The notes: generated from the letters alone by a model not told the origin. Counted from the whole stretch's first letter, positions 41,730 to 55,010 are shown. The stretch: 63,967 bases of DNA, filler included, from Chiloscyllium plagiosum (GCF_004010195.1; 5 parts of one record of this genome joined end to end with filler, not necessarily neighbours in it); one strand, 5' to 3'. Numbers and translations: made by a program.

Positions 41730-41940
41730 ACAGCAAATGGAGAGGAGAACTGTTCCTCTAGATCTCTCACCTTTACCTCGAAGTCCTCCTGTGGACCTGA
41801 TGAACTGCAGTGAGGTGAGCTCTCCTAATGATGGCAGGAAGAAGACAACTTCTTCAACCAAGACATGGATAAACATTGTGAAGGACGCCAGGAGAAGGAA
41901 CATGATCCCTGCAACCTGAAGACAATCTGTAAAGAGGATC
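41730..41940 (+). pseudogene. Harbinger/PIF Myb-SANT-like remnant
   Basis: PNDGRKKTTSSTKTWINIVKDARRRNMIPAT*RQSVKR resembles the W...RT..QCRKR helix of Myb/SANT-like transposon proteins; judged by eye only. Confidence 0.4.
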
Positions 41941-41944
41941 GAGG

Positions 41945-42835
41945 ACATCAGAATGGTAAAGGGACTGGTGCAGAGCCAATATCCTGTCCCTGAACATGGA
42001 CAAAATGTAAGAAATGGTTGTTGACTTCAGGAGGGGACAGAACAACAACTCTCCGCTGGACATTGACGGCTACCACGTGGAGATCATGAAGAGCACCAAA
42101 TTTCTAGGCGTCCACCTGGTGGAGAATCTTGCATGGTCCCTCAACACCAGCTCCATAGCCAAGAAAGCCCAGCAGCATCTCTACTTTCAGCATAGGTTGA
42201 GGAAAGCGCACCTCCCACACCCTCATGCTCACCACATTCTAAGTTGAGAGTACCCTGAGCTGCTGCATCATTGCTGGTTCGGGAATTGCACTGTCTTGAA
42301 TCATAAGACCCTACAACGGATAGTGAGGACAACTGAGAAGATCATCAGGGTCTCTCTTCCCTCCATTACAGATATTTGCACCACACACTGCATTGAAAAG
42401 GCGAAGGGTATTGTGGAAGACCCCACACACCCCTCACTCAAACTCTTCTCCCTCTGGCCATCTGACAGAAGATACCAGAGCATTTGGTATCTCACGGCCA
42501 GACCGTGCAATAGTTTCTTTGCCCAAGCCATCAGGCTCTTTAACACAGTATGATCAGACTCTGTTCCATCTGAAATTCTTTGCATAACTTCAAATTGCTA
42601 CTAGAACAATGTTTTATTAACTATCATTCTTAGATTACACTGTAATTTTCACACCATTGTGCCTCTTGTCTTGATATGTCAGAAATTACTGTCTTGTCTT
42701 GCGTGTTTTGTACTTATGGACTTTACGCCGCCCTATGTATGATCGTGTAATTTGTTCTGTCCATGTAGCACCTTAATCCTGGAGGAACGCTGTCTCCTTT
42801 TTACTGTATCAGTTGTAAAATAAAGCGACTCTTGA
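41945..42835 (+). mobile_element. Rex1/Babar-type LINE RT C-terminus and 3' UTR
   Basis: EMVVDFRR...KFLGVHL.ENLAWSLNTSSIAKKAQQHLYF; KTLQRIVRTTEKII; HPSLKLFSLWPSDRRY; NSFFAQAIRLFN. Confidence 0.85.
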
Positions 42836-42852
42836 CTCAACTTGGCTCTTGA

Positions 42853-43235
42853 TAATACCTGCTGAAAATGTGTTGCTGGAAAAGCGCAGCAAGTCAGGCA
42901 GCATCCAATGAGCAGGAGAATCGACGTTTCGGGCATGAGCCCTTCTTCAGGAATGAGGAAAGTGTGCCAAGCTAATACCTGCTGAAAATGTGTTGCTGGA
43001 AAAGCGCAGCAAGTCAGGCAGCATCCAATGAGCAGGAGAATCGACGTTTCGGGCATGAGCCCTTCTTCAGGAATGAGGAAAGTATGTCCAGCAGGCTAAG
43101 ATAAAAGGTAGGGAGGAGGGACTTGGGGGAGGGGCGTTGGAAATGTGATAATTGGAAGGAGGTCAAGGTGAGGGTGATAGGCCGGAGTGGGGGTGGGGGC
43201 AGAGAGGTCAGGAAGAAGATTGCAGGTTAGGAAGG
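42853..43235 (-). mobile_element. PLE 3' pLTR with two tandem hammerhead-bearing units (120-bp period)
   Basis: 42853-42963 is repeated at 42973-43083; each unit has CTGAAGA-A-GGGC-tcat-GCCC-GAAACGTC on the minus strand. Confidence 0.8.
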
Positions 43236-43335
43236 NNNNNNNNNNNNNNNNNNNNNNNNNNNNNNNNNNNNNNNNNNNNTTAATTAATTAANNNNNNNNN
43301 NNNNNNNNNNNNNNNNNNNNNNNNNNNNNNNNNNN
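43236..43335. other. Assembly spacer
   Basis: N44-TTAATTAATTAA-N44. Confidence 0.97.
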
Positions 43336-44085
43336 GAGGGTGAGAGGTTGGAGTGGGTGAGAGGGGTGGAGAGGTTGAGGCGGTTAATGTCGCGGCGGCA
43401 GTTGGCTATGAAGAGATCGAGGGCCTCCGACCTCGCAGCCTCCGCAATCGCCGCCCAGACAACCGCCTCCACGATCGCCAGGAAGACCATCGCCGACAGA
43501 TTCGCAGCCTCCGCGGGGTCCACGGCTATCGGGAATAACACCGTTTCTGTCGTCGCCACAGCCACTTCTGCCCCCTGGGTTGCCATCGCCGCTGCCACTT
43601 CCGTCCCCAGTGACATCACTAACCTGACAACCACCACACCGCATGCGTCTCTGCCCCCACGCCGATCTCCATCACCATGCTTAACTCCGCTCCCACGCCG
43701 ATCTCCACCCGCACACCTAACCCCGCCCCAACGTCGATCTCCATTCCCGCCCCACGCCCAACCCCGCCCCCACTCCCAGCTCCAGCCCCACACCAGGTCC
43801 TAGCTCCCAGCCCTGCCGTGTTTTCACCATCCCTCCAGAACTACCCCTCTCTGAGGATGAAAGATCAGTCGTCAGCAGAGGCCCCATCTTCATTCCCCTA
43901 CGCTGTCGGATTAACGAGTTCAACACGCGGCAAGACATCGAACAATTCTTCCGCCGCCTTCGCCTCCGCGCCTACTTCTTCAACCAGGATTCTCGCCCAC
44001 CCTCTGACGACCCCGTCTCCCACCTCCAACACACCCCATCCACCTGGACACCCCGTGCTGGCCTCTTACCTGCCCTCGAAAATGA
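43336..44085 (+). mobile_element. PLE ORF N-terminal region (Ala/Thr/Pro-rich linker then pre-RT segment)
   Basis: From ~43815 the frame reads RVFTIPPELPLSEDERSVVSRGPIFIP...DIEQFFRRLRLRAYFF, typical of vertebrate PLE ORFs. Confidence 0.7.
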
Positions 44086-44613
44086 AATTCTGACACTGTA
44101 CTCTCTCATCGGTCTCACACAATTTGCACTTTCCTCACATGCTGTCCAATCATAGCAGTACTGCAAGCTCTGCAGCCTGTCTGCCTGACACCAAATCAAA
44201 TTACAGCTTGCCGAGAGCTTCAATCACTCTCCAGCAGACCAAACTATACACTCTAGGCAAAGTGTTGGTTGTGTCTTATGCCCAAGAGGGGCCAATCAAG
44301 TATCTGGCCTAACACCCTTGTGCTGCAAATAGATGCTGTCTTTGTTATAACGTGTTACATTAATACGCTGACAGATCCTTATGTGCACTGGCAAACATAT
44401 CAGTAAAGAAGTAATTTATCAACCAATATGTTGATAACAGCATTGAAATTTATGCATTCACTAGACATGAGAGCTGTACTAAAGAGATAAGACAAATGTG
44501 GAGATTAAAAAAAGTTTCCAGCACAACTTGTCACAGACATGCTTTACTACTTGACTTTGTCTGCATGCTGTCAACTGATAAGTTTTCTGTTCACTTGTGG
44601 AAATTAGTTTGTT

Positions 44614-44702
44614 GCTGAAAATGTGTTGCTGGAAAAGCGCAGCAGGTCAGGCAGCATCCAGGGAACAGGAGAATCGACGTTTCGGGCATAAGCCCTTCTT
44701 CA
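44614..44702 (-). mobile_element. Single-arm PLE pLTR insertion with intact hammerhead core
   Basis: Direct repeat ggaaattagtttgtt at 44599-44613 and 44703-44717; minus strand CTGAAGAAGGGCTTATGCCCGAAACGTC. Confidence 0.8.
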
Positions 44703-46128
44703 GGAAATTAGTTTGTTCCCAGGCTTGAACTCTGAAAATTTTGGAACATAACGATTTCCACCTCAATCTATCTAAATTGGCTAGTCAAGTTACATGGAGT
44801 CTCATGAAAATCTTCAAGAATTGGGAGATTGTGGAGAGGAGTGGAAAAATTGTTAGAAATATCATACATTAGAGCATCAATGTCATCAACTTTAAAAAGA
44901 ATAACAGAATTAACAGAACAATGCTATTACTGCAGTACTTCAAATGTAAAAAAAGTCTCCAGGGGTATCACAGATATTTAATCAGACACTTGTAAATGCC
45001 AAGCTGAAAAGGAATATTAAGAGACGTGTCCAAAATTTAAGTCATAGAAGTGAATTCTAAAGCAGAGAGAAAAAAAAAGAGGAAGAGTTGGAGGAGTTTA
45101 GCAAAGAAAAGGCACTGCCTGTCCTAGACATGGCCAGCAATGATGATACAAAGATTTACAAGATTATAACCATCTTAGGTGAGGTAGACAAAGAAAAGCT
45201 GGCCCGATTAGTTAATTGTCCAAGGACTAGGAGACACAGATTAGAGGTGTTGGGTGAGGGATGCAGATGGGATATATGGAAATTCTTTCTTATATATCAA
45301 GTGGATACAGGCTGGAACTCATTGCCCATTAGGGTGGTGGAAGCAAAAGTGATTAAAAGCTTTTAAAGGAAATTGGAAGGGCATTTGAAGGCACACATTT
45401 TACCAGGCTAAGAAATAGAGCAGGTGAATGAACAATCAAGATTGCTGTACAAATGGATGGAATAGATTCAAGAGAAGAAATGGCTTTTCTATCTGGAAGG
45501 ATTCTGCAATCAACAGGGATGGAAAAAGGTCTGCTGCTAACCATGTATAAAAATGTGTCCCGATATTTTCTTTGGCTGCAGTGAGAGCTTGCTGTCCGTA
45601 TGATTAGACTGAAACTACCTGATGGGTTCTTTAACACTCTGATCAAAATTAATATAAGATGACACAAGAAGAAATTTTAAGTAAATTTATTCACTTAATC
45701 TACTTACTATACATTAGAGACATGTACAAACTAATGAGTGTTAACTACATAAAAGAATGGTTTCCATAGACAATCAAGGTTATGCAGTTACCTCACAGCC
45801 AAAACAGGCTTTGTTTTCTTTCACACCAGGCCTATCTTCATTTAGCTTTCCACTTTCCTTCAATTGCCTTAATGGTCTGGTTCAGAGGTATTATTTTTAA
45901 ACCCAACACTACAACACCACCCTTTGATCTCTTCAACACAGATGATCAACACCTTATGCAAGTTTGTACAGATAGTTCAATAGCTTGTTATCATCCAGCC
46001 ATTTGCCACAAAATATCTGCTGTCTGAAAGGCAACAAAGTGGTTAATTCATGCCATTGAGTCAAGTCATAGCTCTAAAAAAATTACATTGCATTCGACTA
46101 GCTTTTGCACAAAGATCCAACTGGGTGT

Positions 46129-46166
46129 GATTCCTGAAGAAGGGCTTATGCCCGAAACGTCGATTC
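46129..46166 (+). ncRNA. Minimal type I hammerhead ribozyme motif in a PLE pLTR fragment (46128-46222)
   Basis: CTGAAGA(46134-46140)-A-GGGC-TTAT-GCCC-GAAA-CG-TC. Confidence 0.7.
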
Positions 46167-47309
46167 TCCTGCTCCTTGGATGCTGCCTGACCTGCTGCAC
46201 TTTTCCAGCAACACATTTTCAGACAGTGCTATTAGTCAACTTCTGAATCATGTTGGTCAGAAACCAATTTACTGTGTGCTAATGGTTTGGTCCATGCAGC
46301 AGATCATTTAATAGCTTCCCTTGTTAGTTGCCCAAACTTAGCAAGCTCATTTTATAGAGTCTCAATGTCCATAAAATTTAGCAAGCCTATTATTGCTTTC
46401 AGTAAGGCAGCAAACATTTTATTTTGTGTTATCTTCTGCTTATACTTTCCACCTTTTTTCCCCTGGGGTTCCCTTGCTCTACTCCCTTCACAACCCAAGT
46501 CTTAGCTTGGCTTCTTTTCCCCATACTAACTGCCCTAACACATTAAAATTTCACCTACACTTTTGAACACTGGGATACAGGTACCATGTAACTGCTAAAC
46601 ATGGGGGTCACTGTACCTCATCTGATTGGCCTTGCACACAGCCTACCATAATTCCCCCAAAGTCCACATCCCTTCATCTCTGTAAAATTTTGAAATAATA
46701 GCCAATCATCCTTATTTTAATTTCACTAATACCACTTCCATTGTTTTAAAGTCAATTTCTCTATAGATTATGTATCAGTGCCTTATCATTTAAATAATGT
46801 TTTTGTGCTCTTCCAGGCCACAATAACCACTTTGTCAAGTGGGTATACATGTCTGAGACCCATCCTTCAGTCTGTTTTCACCATGTATTCCCTCCTTTTT
46901 GTTATCCAAGACCATGCCACGCATTCTTGACTTTTAGCTGATCTTCCAAAACACCGGAAGTTGCTGGAGGTTCCATATGCACTCTCCTTGCCCGGTCCAG
47001 TGTTCCAGGTGATGACCAAATCAGCTAATTCAGTTCCCTCTAAAAATCTCACAGGCAAGGGCACTCATATCTCCAAGGGAAAATATCTGTTAATTATCTA
47101 ATTTTATCTGCACTTTGATTTGATTAGATATATTGCATTTAACTACCCCAAGGTGGATAGTTATTTCAATTTGATGTGTGTCATTTTTGTCCGGTCATTA
47201 TTCTTTTATTTTAAGTATGGCCCCCATTAATCTTCATGAAAACTGATTCAGAAACTCTAAATAAAACCCTACTGTAGAGTGTAAACAAAATATGTATGTT
47301 TTCACAAAG

Positions 47310-48380
47310 GACACCTCCCTCCCTTTCCTAGATCCCTCCATCTCCATCAACGGTAACCAACTCAACACAGACATCTTCTACAAACCCACTGACTCCCACA
47401 GCTACCTGGACTACACCTCCTCCCACCCTGTCTCCTGAAAAACGCTATCCCTTGCTCCCAAATCCTCTGCATCTGTTCCCAGGAGGACCAGTTCGACCAC
47501 AGAACACATCAGATGGCCTCCTTCTTCAAAGACCGCAATTTTCTCTCCCACGTAGTCAATGATGTCATCCAGCGCATCTCATCCAGTTCCTTCACCTCCG
47601 TCCTCAAATCCCACCTTTCCAACTGCAACAAGGATAGAACTCCCTGGTCCTCACGTTCCACCCCACCAACCTCTGCATACATCGCATCATCCTCAGCCAC
47701 CTACAAATGGACCCCACCACCAGAGATATATTTCCTGCCCCACCACTATCAGCGTTCCAGACAGATCATTCCCTTTACCAAAGCGGTCTCCTCTACATTG
47801 GGGAGACAGGACACCTACTTGCAGAGCACTTCAGAGAACATCTCTGGGACACCTGCACCAACTAACTCCACCACCCTGTGGCTGAACACTTTAACTCCAC
47901 TTTCCACTCTGCCAAGGATATGCAGGTCCTGGACCTCCTCCATCGCCACTCCCTCACCACCCAACGCCTGGAGGACGAATGCCTCATCTTCTATCTTGGG
48001 ACCCTCCAACCTCACGGCATCAATGTGGATTTCACCAGTTTCCTATTTTCCCCTTCCCCCACCTTATTCCAGATCAAACCTTCCAACTCAGCACAGCCCT
48101 CATGACCTGTCCTAACTGTCCATCTTCCTTCCACCTCTCTGATCTATCACCATTACCCCCACCTTCATCTACATATCATACTCTCAGCCACCATTCCTCC
48201 AACCACACACCCCCCTCCCATTTATGTCTTTACCCCCTCAGCTCACAAGCTTCATTCCTGATGAAGGGCTTTTGCCCGAAACATCGATTCTCCTGCTCCT
48301 TGGATGCTGCCTGACCTGCTATACAGTTCCAACACCACACTCAACTCTGATCTCCAGCATTTGCACTCCTCACTTTCTCC
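47310..48380 (+). mobile_element. PLE RT C-terminus, GIY-YIG and pLTR with hammerhead (48258-48285)
   Basis: LPFLD...TDIFYKPTDSHSYLDYTSSHP; LYIGETG; AEHFNS...RLEDECLIFYLGTLQPHGIN; CTGATGA-A-GGGC-TTTT-GCCC-GAAA. Confidence 0.88.
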
Positions 48381-48510
48381 AGGTTAGGTGCATTAGTTAG
48401 GGGTAAATGTGGGGTAATAGGGTAGGGGAATGGATCTGCGTGGGTTACTCTTTGGAGGGTTGGTGTGGACTTATTGGGCCAAATAGCCTGTTTCCACATT
48501 AGAGATTCTA
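48381..48510 (+). mobile_element. HE1 SINE 3' fragment
   Basis: Matches 55220-55340. Confidence 0.7.
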
Positions 48511-50334
48511 TATTAAAAAAATTCTCATTCCACATTCAAAGTTCAAATTAGATGCCTTCCAAAAAGGTTTATCAATATTTTGAAAACAAACTAAACCATT
48601 TCTTTCACAACATCTTTAAAAAAATAAACTTCTTAAATTTTCCAATGAAATGTGATTTCAAAGTTTTAAACCTATGCTGTTTTAGTGCAATTTCAGTCAA
48701 ATGTAAGGAATGTTCTCATTCTTCTGGGAACTCTCTGTGAATACAATCCAATTTTCACAGCCAGCTTCTTTAACCTCACTAGAGGAAGGAACTTGTTGAA
48801 CTCTTCCTTAACTCTGCCTAAGGATCCTATTCACCCTTTCCAGCTCCTGGGTGACATTACACACCAGCTTTACCTCATTACACAGATGGAACAGTGGGGA
48901 AACACTATCAACTGCGTTCTCAAGGTTACCTGCCTTGTCTTGCAAGATAATAGATCCAGCTGCTGATCATGGATTTCTGTCTGGTGAGCTTTGATGTTTG
49001 CTACATAAAGGGAGAAGTCCACCCCTTCTCATCAGTCCCAGCATCAACATCCAGCCAGAAGTCTGCAGGCAAATTGAAAAATTCGAAGTGTTGGGGAAAA
49101 ATCATATTTGCTGTAATCTGAAAAGCAAAACAGAATCCATCCATCCCACTTCAAGCAGAATGGGCTAAGTAGTTCAAGTATCTCTGTTTGATGAAAATTA
49201 TATAAACTAAATATATAGTTTCTCCGAGCTGATGTAGATAGTTTATTGCTGATCCTGGGATGGGGGTGGGGGTGGGGTGGGTCCTGAAGCTTTCAGACAT
49301 AATTACATGAACACTCCCCTCTTCCTCCTAGATAGCGATAAGGATGACGTGTTATGTTCACTTTCTGAAGAGAGGAAAAGTTTGCCTCCTTTTTTAGATT
49401 TTATCTCCTTCAGACATTGGTTTTCTCAGATTTTGTCAGAAGGGATTACTTTTCCAAAAATTCCAATTTTTCCTATTTTTTCAGAGCACCAGTTCACACC
49501 AACAAACATGTAAGATGAGCAACTCTTATCACCCACAATTAAAGATTCATTCATATGTTGCAATAATGTGTGCAAGTTCATTCTGGCCAGAAAATGAAAT
49601 TCTAAACATAATAATAATTTCAAAAAAGATTTTGAAATTTACCATTTATCTAGGGCTCTTGAGCTAAATACAACACATCGAGTAAAGCATTTTAAGGAAA
49701 GAGGAAATAAGTTATGCCATTTAACTTAATTTGCTTTCTTCAATTGGCTTCATTCAACTGCAACCAATTCCAAGAGGTAAATTGTTTACCAAGTCCTTAA
49801 GAGACTAATTCCACAAACACTCCAGAGCAGGGATTTTTTTTATACACAACCACTGATTGTTCCTTAAAGAGATATCATCTTAAAGGCTTCCAGATCTCGA
49901 GCTCAAGGAAGGAAAACGCATTAACCACACAAGACAACATTTTGACAGCCAACGAACAAAAACACAAATGAACCAGATCAAAAAAAGATTAACAGTTAGT
50001 TTAGAGACGGTGGACACTTGAAGAATTCACATCCAAATGAAAAGGATTTATTACCTTGATCAAACACAAGCACTGGTTTCTCTCCTATCTCTCTCTGTCC
50101 CCTACAACTTTTAACATTTTCTTCCTTTACTCATAGTGAAAGGGAAATATCTAAAGAGTTTTATGTCCAATGATTTACATTCTATAACCAGCAGATATCA
50201 TATACTGTCATAACATTACTTTGGTTGTTTTGATTCTTTTATAATTACCTTTTATTCAACTGTCAGTCACACCAGCCTGGCTTTTTCCAATCAAGTCCTG
50301 CTCATGAACAGTCATTCTCAGAGGTCCATCTCTC

Positions 50335-50496
50335 AGGATTTGTTTTTCCTCTCCAGACGTCCCCAGCAGTACCCTTCCACCGACACTCTCATTCGTTTGG
50401 CCGAACTGGTCCTCACCCTTAACAATTTCTCCTTTGAATCCTCCCACTTCCTCCAGACCAAAGGGGTAGCCATGGGCACACATATGGGCCCCAGCT
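50335..50496 (+). mobile_element. PLE RT fragment
   Basis: LIRLAELVLTLNNFSFESSHFLQTKGVAMGTHMGPS. Confidence 0.85.
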
Positions 50497-50596
50497 NNNN
50501 NNNNNNNNNNNNNNNNNNNNNNNNNNNNNNNNNNNNNNNNTTAATTAATTAANNNNNNNNNNNNNNNNNNNNNNNNNNNNNNNNNNNNNNNNNNNN
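50497..50596. other. Assembly spacer
   Basis: N44-TTAATTAATTAA-N44. Confidence 0.97.
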
Positions 50597-50845
50597 GTGG
50601 TGGAGGCTGGTACAATTGCAACATTTAAGAGGCATTTGGATGGGTATATGAATAGGAAGGGTTTGGAGGGATATGGGCCGGGTGCTGGCAGGTGGGACTA
50701 GATTGGGTTGGGATATCTGTTTGGCATGGACGGGTTGGACCGAAGGGTCTGTTTCCATGCTGTACATCTCTATGACTCTAATCCAGACAAATGTGAGATG
50801 ATGCCTTTAGGCAAGTCTATAACTCTATAACTCTATGACTCTATA
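50597..50845 (+). mobile_element. Young CR1 3' end with (CTATRACT)n tail
   Basis: Near-identical to 92-265; octamer tail repeats at 50817-50843. Confidence 0.85.
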
Positions 50846-51189
50846 TCAAAGAATTGTTTCCAATTGTACAGAGTAAACAACCTTCAAAAAGACCTATTGC
50901 AGAACACATGAGGGCCTCCAATAATGAGGGCTTACCATATTTTTGAACATTTAAACTTTATCTTTTGTAATCATATATTCAGCTCCATCATGCTTGAGGA
51001 AGGGGATATTCATGGAGCCTTCAATATCTACTGGTTGCCTGTTTGTCACCGCTATGCTCAATGGGTTAAAAATGGCAACAGAGTAATGCTTTGATCAATT
51101 GTAATTGGTATTTCCATTCAGTGCTTCATTCTAGCTGCAACTCCTACTTTTTTCAGTCTAAAAGCTTTACATATTCAGTCAGAGGGTCT

Positions 51190-52340
51190 GGGCTTGCTGG
51201 CTGGGTAATTATTGCCATCCTACATTCGGCTGATGAAATCAATGGTGAATTCCCTTCTTGAAGTATCACAGTCCAGTTAGTATTAGGATGTTGAGCCACA
51301 CTCAGTACTGCTAGACAGGAGATTCCAGGATTTTGTCCCTACAACAGTGAAGGAACGCTGATATATTTCCAAGTCCGGATGGTGTGTGGATCAGAAAAAA
51401 ACTTGTAATTGGTGGTGTTCACATATGTCTTCTGCACTTGTCATCCTAATTGGTAGTGGTCATTGGTTTGGAAGAAGGTTTCTATGGACACATAGATTCA
51501 TAGGCTGGTTTGCAACATAGAAAGATGCCATTCGGTCTATCATGTCTGCACCAGTCAACAAAAATCTGGCTACACTAATGCCATTTTTCAGCTCTTGACC
51601 CATAGCCCTGGAGGTTATGGCAACACAAGTGAATATCAAAAGCAGCTTAAATGTTATGAGAGTTTCTGATTCAACTATCCCTCAGGCAGTGAGTTCCAGA
51701 CACCCACCAACCCTGAAGTGAAAATAATTTTCTTAACTCTCCTTTTAGCCTTCTACCTGTTACCTTAAATCTATGTCCCTGGTTACTGACTCATCTACTA
51801 ATGAGAAAGTACCTTCCTATCCATCCTACCTATGCCCCTCAATCTTAGACACCGCTATCTAGTTCCTTTCAAATTTCACTGCTACAAGGAAAACAACTCC
51901 AACCTGCTCAGTCTTTCTTCATAGTTCAAATCCTCCAACCAGACAACATCCTGGTAAGTATCATCTGAACCACTTGGCTAATCAAAAGAGACACTAAAGA
52001 AATACCAACTATGTACATGAATTGCTTCAGTGTCGGAGGAGTCATAAATGTTTATGAAAATTATACAATCATGAGTGAACATCCCGATTTCTGATGTTAT
52101 CACGAAGGGAAGATCTTTGATGAAACAGCTGAACATGGTTGGGACTGGGATACTACTATGAGGAACTCCTGTCGAGATCTTGTGGAGCTGAGATGACTGA
52201 CCACTTACAACCACAACCATCTTCCTTTATGACTGGTGTGATTCCAATCAGCAGAAACCTTTCCTCCATTTCCATTGATGGCAGTTTTGCTTGGGGTCCT
52301 TGTTGTCACATCCTCTGGACCTCAGCTCTTTTGCCCACGT
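51190..52340 (-). mobile_element. Old CR1/L2-like fragment with nested CR1 3' end (51500-51960)
   Basis: ORF 51978..52220 ISTGVPHSSIPVPTMFSCFIKDLP...MFTHDC. Confidence 0.65.
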
Positions 52341-53464
52341 TTGAACAAAAATACATACGTTTCTAGAAAGTGCTTCATTGACAATAATTAAATTGTGATA
52401 TGTTGAGCTTATGAAGTCCATTATATTAATTTTTCAAGAGGAGTAGTAATATTACAGCACTAGGAAGGGGTGATGTAATTCAGGAGATCCAAGGACAGAA
52501 ACTCATTAGTTGTAATTAAGTAAGAGTAAATGAGTCACTATTCCATTGGCTATATGCAAAATACCACCAAATGATGACAAGGAGATAGAGGAGACATTTT
52601 TCAGGTAAATTACAGAAAGACTCAACAACATAGTGATAATGGGGAAAGCCAAAAGACAACCAAAAAAAAAACTAACAAGAGGGAGCAGATAAATTTTGAT
52701 GGTAAGTTCACAAATAATATCAAATGGACAGCAAAGGTTTCTATAATTTTATTCAAAGAAAGAGAAAAGTCAAACCCCTTAGAGAATGAGATTGGGAAAT
52801 AATGGCTATTAGGAAATGGTGGAAGAATTAAATAATTTGAATTCAATAAAAGCCTATAATTGAAGAAACATTAATCTAATGGCAACGAGCCAGTTAGACA
52901 AAGGAGATCCAGTGGTCATGATCTGTTTTGATTTGCATAACACCTTTAACAAGGTGCTGAACAGGAGGCTGCTAAATAAGATTGGAGCTTATGGTGTTAG
53001 GTGCAATGTACTTACTGGCAATGACAGAGGATTGAATGACTGGCAGAAGGCAGAGTTTAAGAATAAAGTGGTATTTTTCATGATGACAGGCAGCAACTAA
53101 TGTAGTTCCGCAGGGGTCAATGTTGGGACCATAACTGTTCATGTTATACATTAACAAACTAGACAAAGGAACTGAGGGCATTGTTGCTAAGTTTGGAAAG
53201 GACACAAAGATAGGAGGAGGGACAACAAGCATTGAGGAACCAGCCAGGCTGTAGAAGGACCTCATCAGACTAGGAAGATGGGCAAAGAAGTGGCAGATGA
53301 AATACAATCTGGGAAACTGTGAGGTTATTCACTTTGATAAGATGAATAGAAGTGTAGACAATTTTCCAAGTGGGGAAAGGCTTCAAAAATCTGAAGCACA
53401 AAGGGACTTAGGAGTCCTATTCCAGATTCTCTTAAAGTTAACATGCAGATTCAGTTGGTAGTTA

Positions 53465-53682
53465 GTTGAAACTTTATTGCTGGAACAGCACAGCAGGTCA
53501 GGCAGCATCCAGGGAACAGGAGATTCGACGTTTCGGGCACAGGCCCTTCTTCGATTCCTGAAGAAGGGCCTGTGCCCGAAACGTCGAATCTCCTGTTCCC
53601 TGGATGCTGCCTGACCTGCTGTGCTGTTCCAGCAATAAAGTTTCAACTTTGATCTCCAGCATCTGCAGACCTCACTTTCTCC
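53465..53682. mobile_element. PLE pLTR perfect-hairpin mini-insertion with 14-bp TSD
   Basis: Arms 53464-53552 and 53560-53648 are reverse complements (89 bp, 7-nt loop); TSD tcagttggtagtta at 53451-53464 and 53683-53696. Confidence 0.9.
53553..53590 (+). ncRNA. Minimal type I hammerhead ribozyme
   Basis: GATTC-CTGAAGA-A-GGGC-CTGT-GCCC-GAAA-CG-TC-GAATC: 5-bp stem I, 4-bp stem II, palindromic ACGT stem III, predicted GUC cleavage after 53585. Confidence 0.8.
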
Positions 53683-55010
53683 TCAGTTGGTAGTTAGGAA
53701 GGCAAATGCAATGTCAGCATTAACTTCAAAAGGGCTAGAGCACAAAAAACAGAGATGTACTGCTGAGGTTGTATAAGTCTCTGGTCAGACCGCATTTGGA
53801 ATATTGTGAGCATTTTGGGACTTGTATCTAAGGAAGGAAATTTACAAAAATAACCCCAGGAATGAAGGGATTGTCAAATGAGAAGAGATTGAGGACACTT
53901 GGTCTGTACTTGATGGAGTCTAGAAGGTTGAGGGATGAAACTCATTGAAGCTCACAGAATACTGAGAGGCCTGGACTGAGGCCATGGAGAAGATGTTTCC
54001 ACTAGTAGGAGAGACAAGGACGCAAGGGCGCAACCTCACAGTGAGAGGCCAAACTTCAGAACTGAAAGTAGAAGGAATTTCTTCAGTCAGAGGGTGGTGA
54101 ATCTGTGGAATTCATTGCTTATAGAAGGCTGTGGAGTCCAACCTATTGAGCGTATTTAAGACAGAGGTACACAGGTTCTTGATTGATAAATGGATCAAGG
54201 GTTATGGAGAAAAAGGAGGGCGATAAAATTGAGAAACATATCAGTCATGATTGAATGGTGGGGAAGTTCCAATGGGCTGAGTGGCCTAATTCTACTCCTA
54301 TATCTTATGATAGAACTATGTAACCGTTGACAATTGTAAAACATTGACAAGTTGTAGAACCTTCAGTTCTCTAAAGGTCTTTCGGCAAGAAAATCTACCA
54401 TCCTTACTTGGTGGGATGCATATGTGATTTCAGATTCACAGCAATTTGGTGACATTTAACTGTTCCCTGGGTAATTAAGGATGGGCAATAAATGTTGGCC
54501 CAATCGTACCCATTTCTCATGGAAAAGTAAGGAAAATAAAAATGATACACATGCCCAAGAGGCCAAATGGTGTATGTTCCTAATCTGCTTGTTCACTTGT
54601 TCAAGCTAATACATGAGTAGGGATCTTTCAAGGGGCAATACTTCAGGTGCAGTGTAGACAATTCTTATGAGTTATTCATTCCCAATCCCTTTCAATATGG
54701 TCATGGCTAATCATTGATGTAAGCTCCACTCTTCCCGTTACTCTCCATCTCCTATGATTCCCTGAGAGCCCAAAATTGGGTCTAACTTTGCCTTATATAT
54801 ATTCAAAAAGAAACATCAAGGACTCTCTGGAGTAGAGAAGTCCAAAGATTCACACCCCTCTGAGTGAAGATGTTTTTCTTCATATCAGTTTTAAATGACT
54901 ACCCCTTTGTAAGAAAACATTGCCCCTTGTTCTAGATTCCACATCCAGGGAACAATCTCTCAGTGGCTACATTATAAAGCCCCTTCAGAATCTCCAATAT
55001 TTTAATATTT

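Larger units (their letters stand above)
52400..54310 (+). mobile_element. Degenerate CR1 ORF2
   Basis: FDLHNTFNKV; VPQGSMLGP; RRNFFSQRVVNLWNSL. Confidence 0.8.

Noticed and set aside
42733..43056. Recurrent peptide MPETSILLLxGCCLTCCAFPA in many ORFs, resembling a signal-peptide family
   Set aside because: Translation of the PLE pLTR/hammerhead repeat, not a gene family.
43348..44093. Ala/Thr/Pro/Arg-rich ORFs resembling mucin or SR proteins
   Set aside because: Low-complexity linker of a Penelope-like ORF; the adjacent frame continues into PLE pre-RT motifs.
45690..47200. Possible second decayed Gypsy remnant on the minus strand
   Set aside because: Only vague protease-region resemblance; no diagnostic motif.
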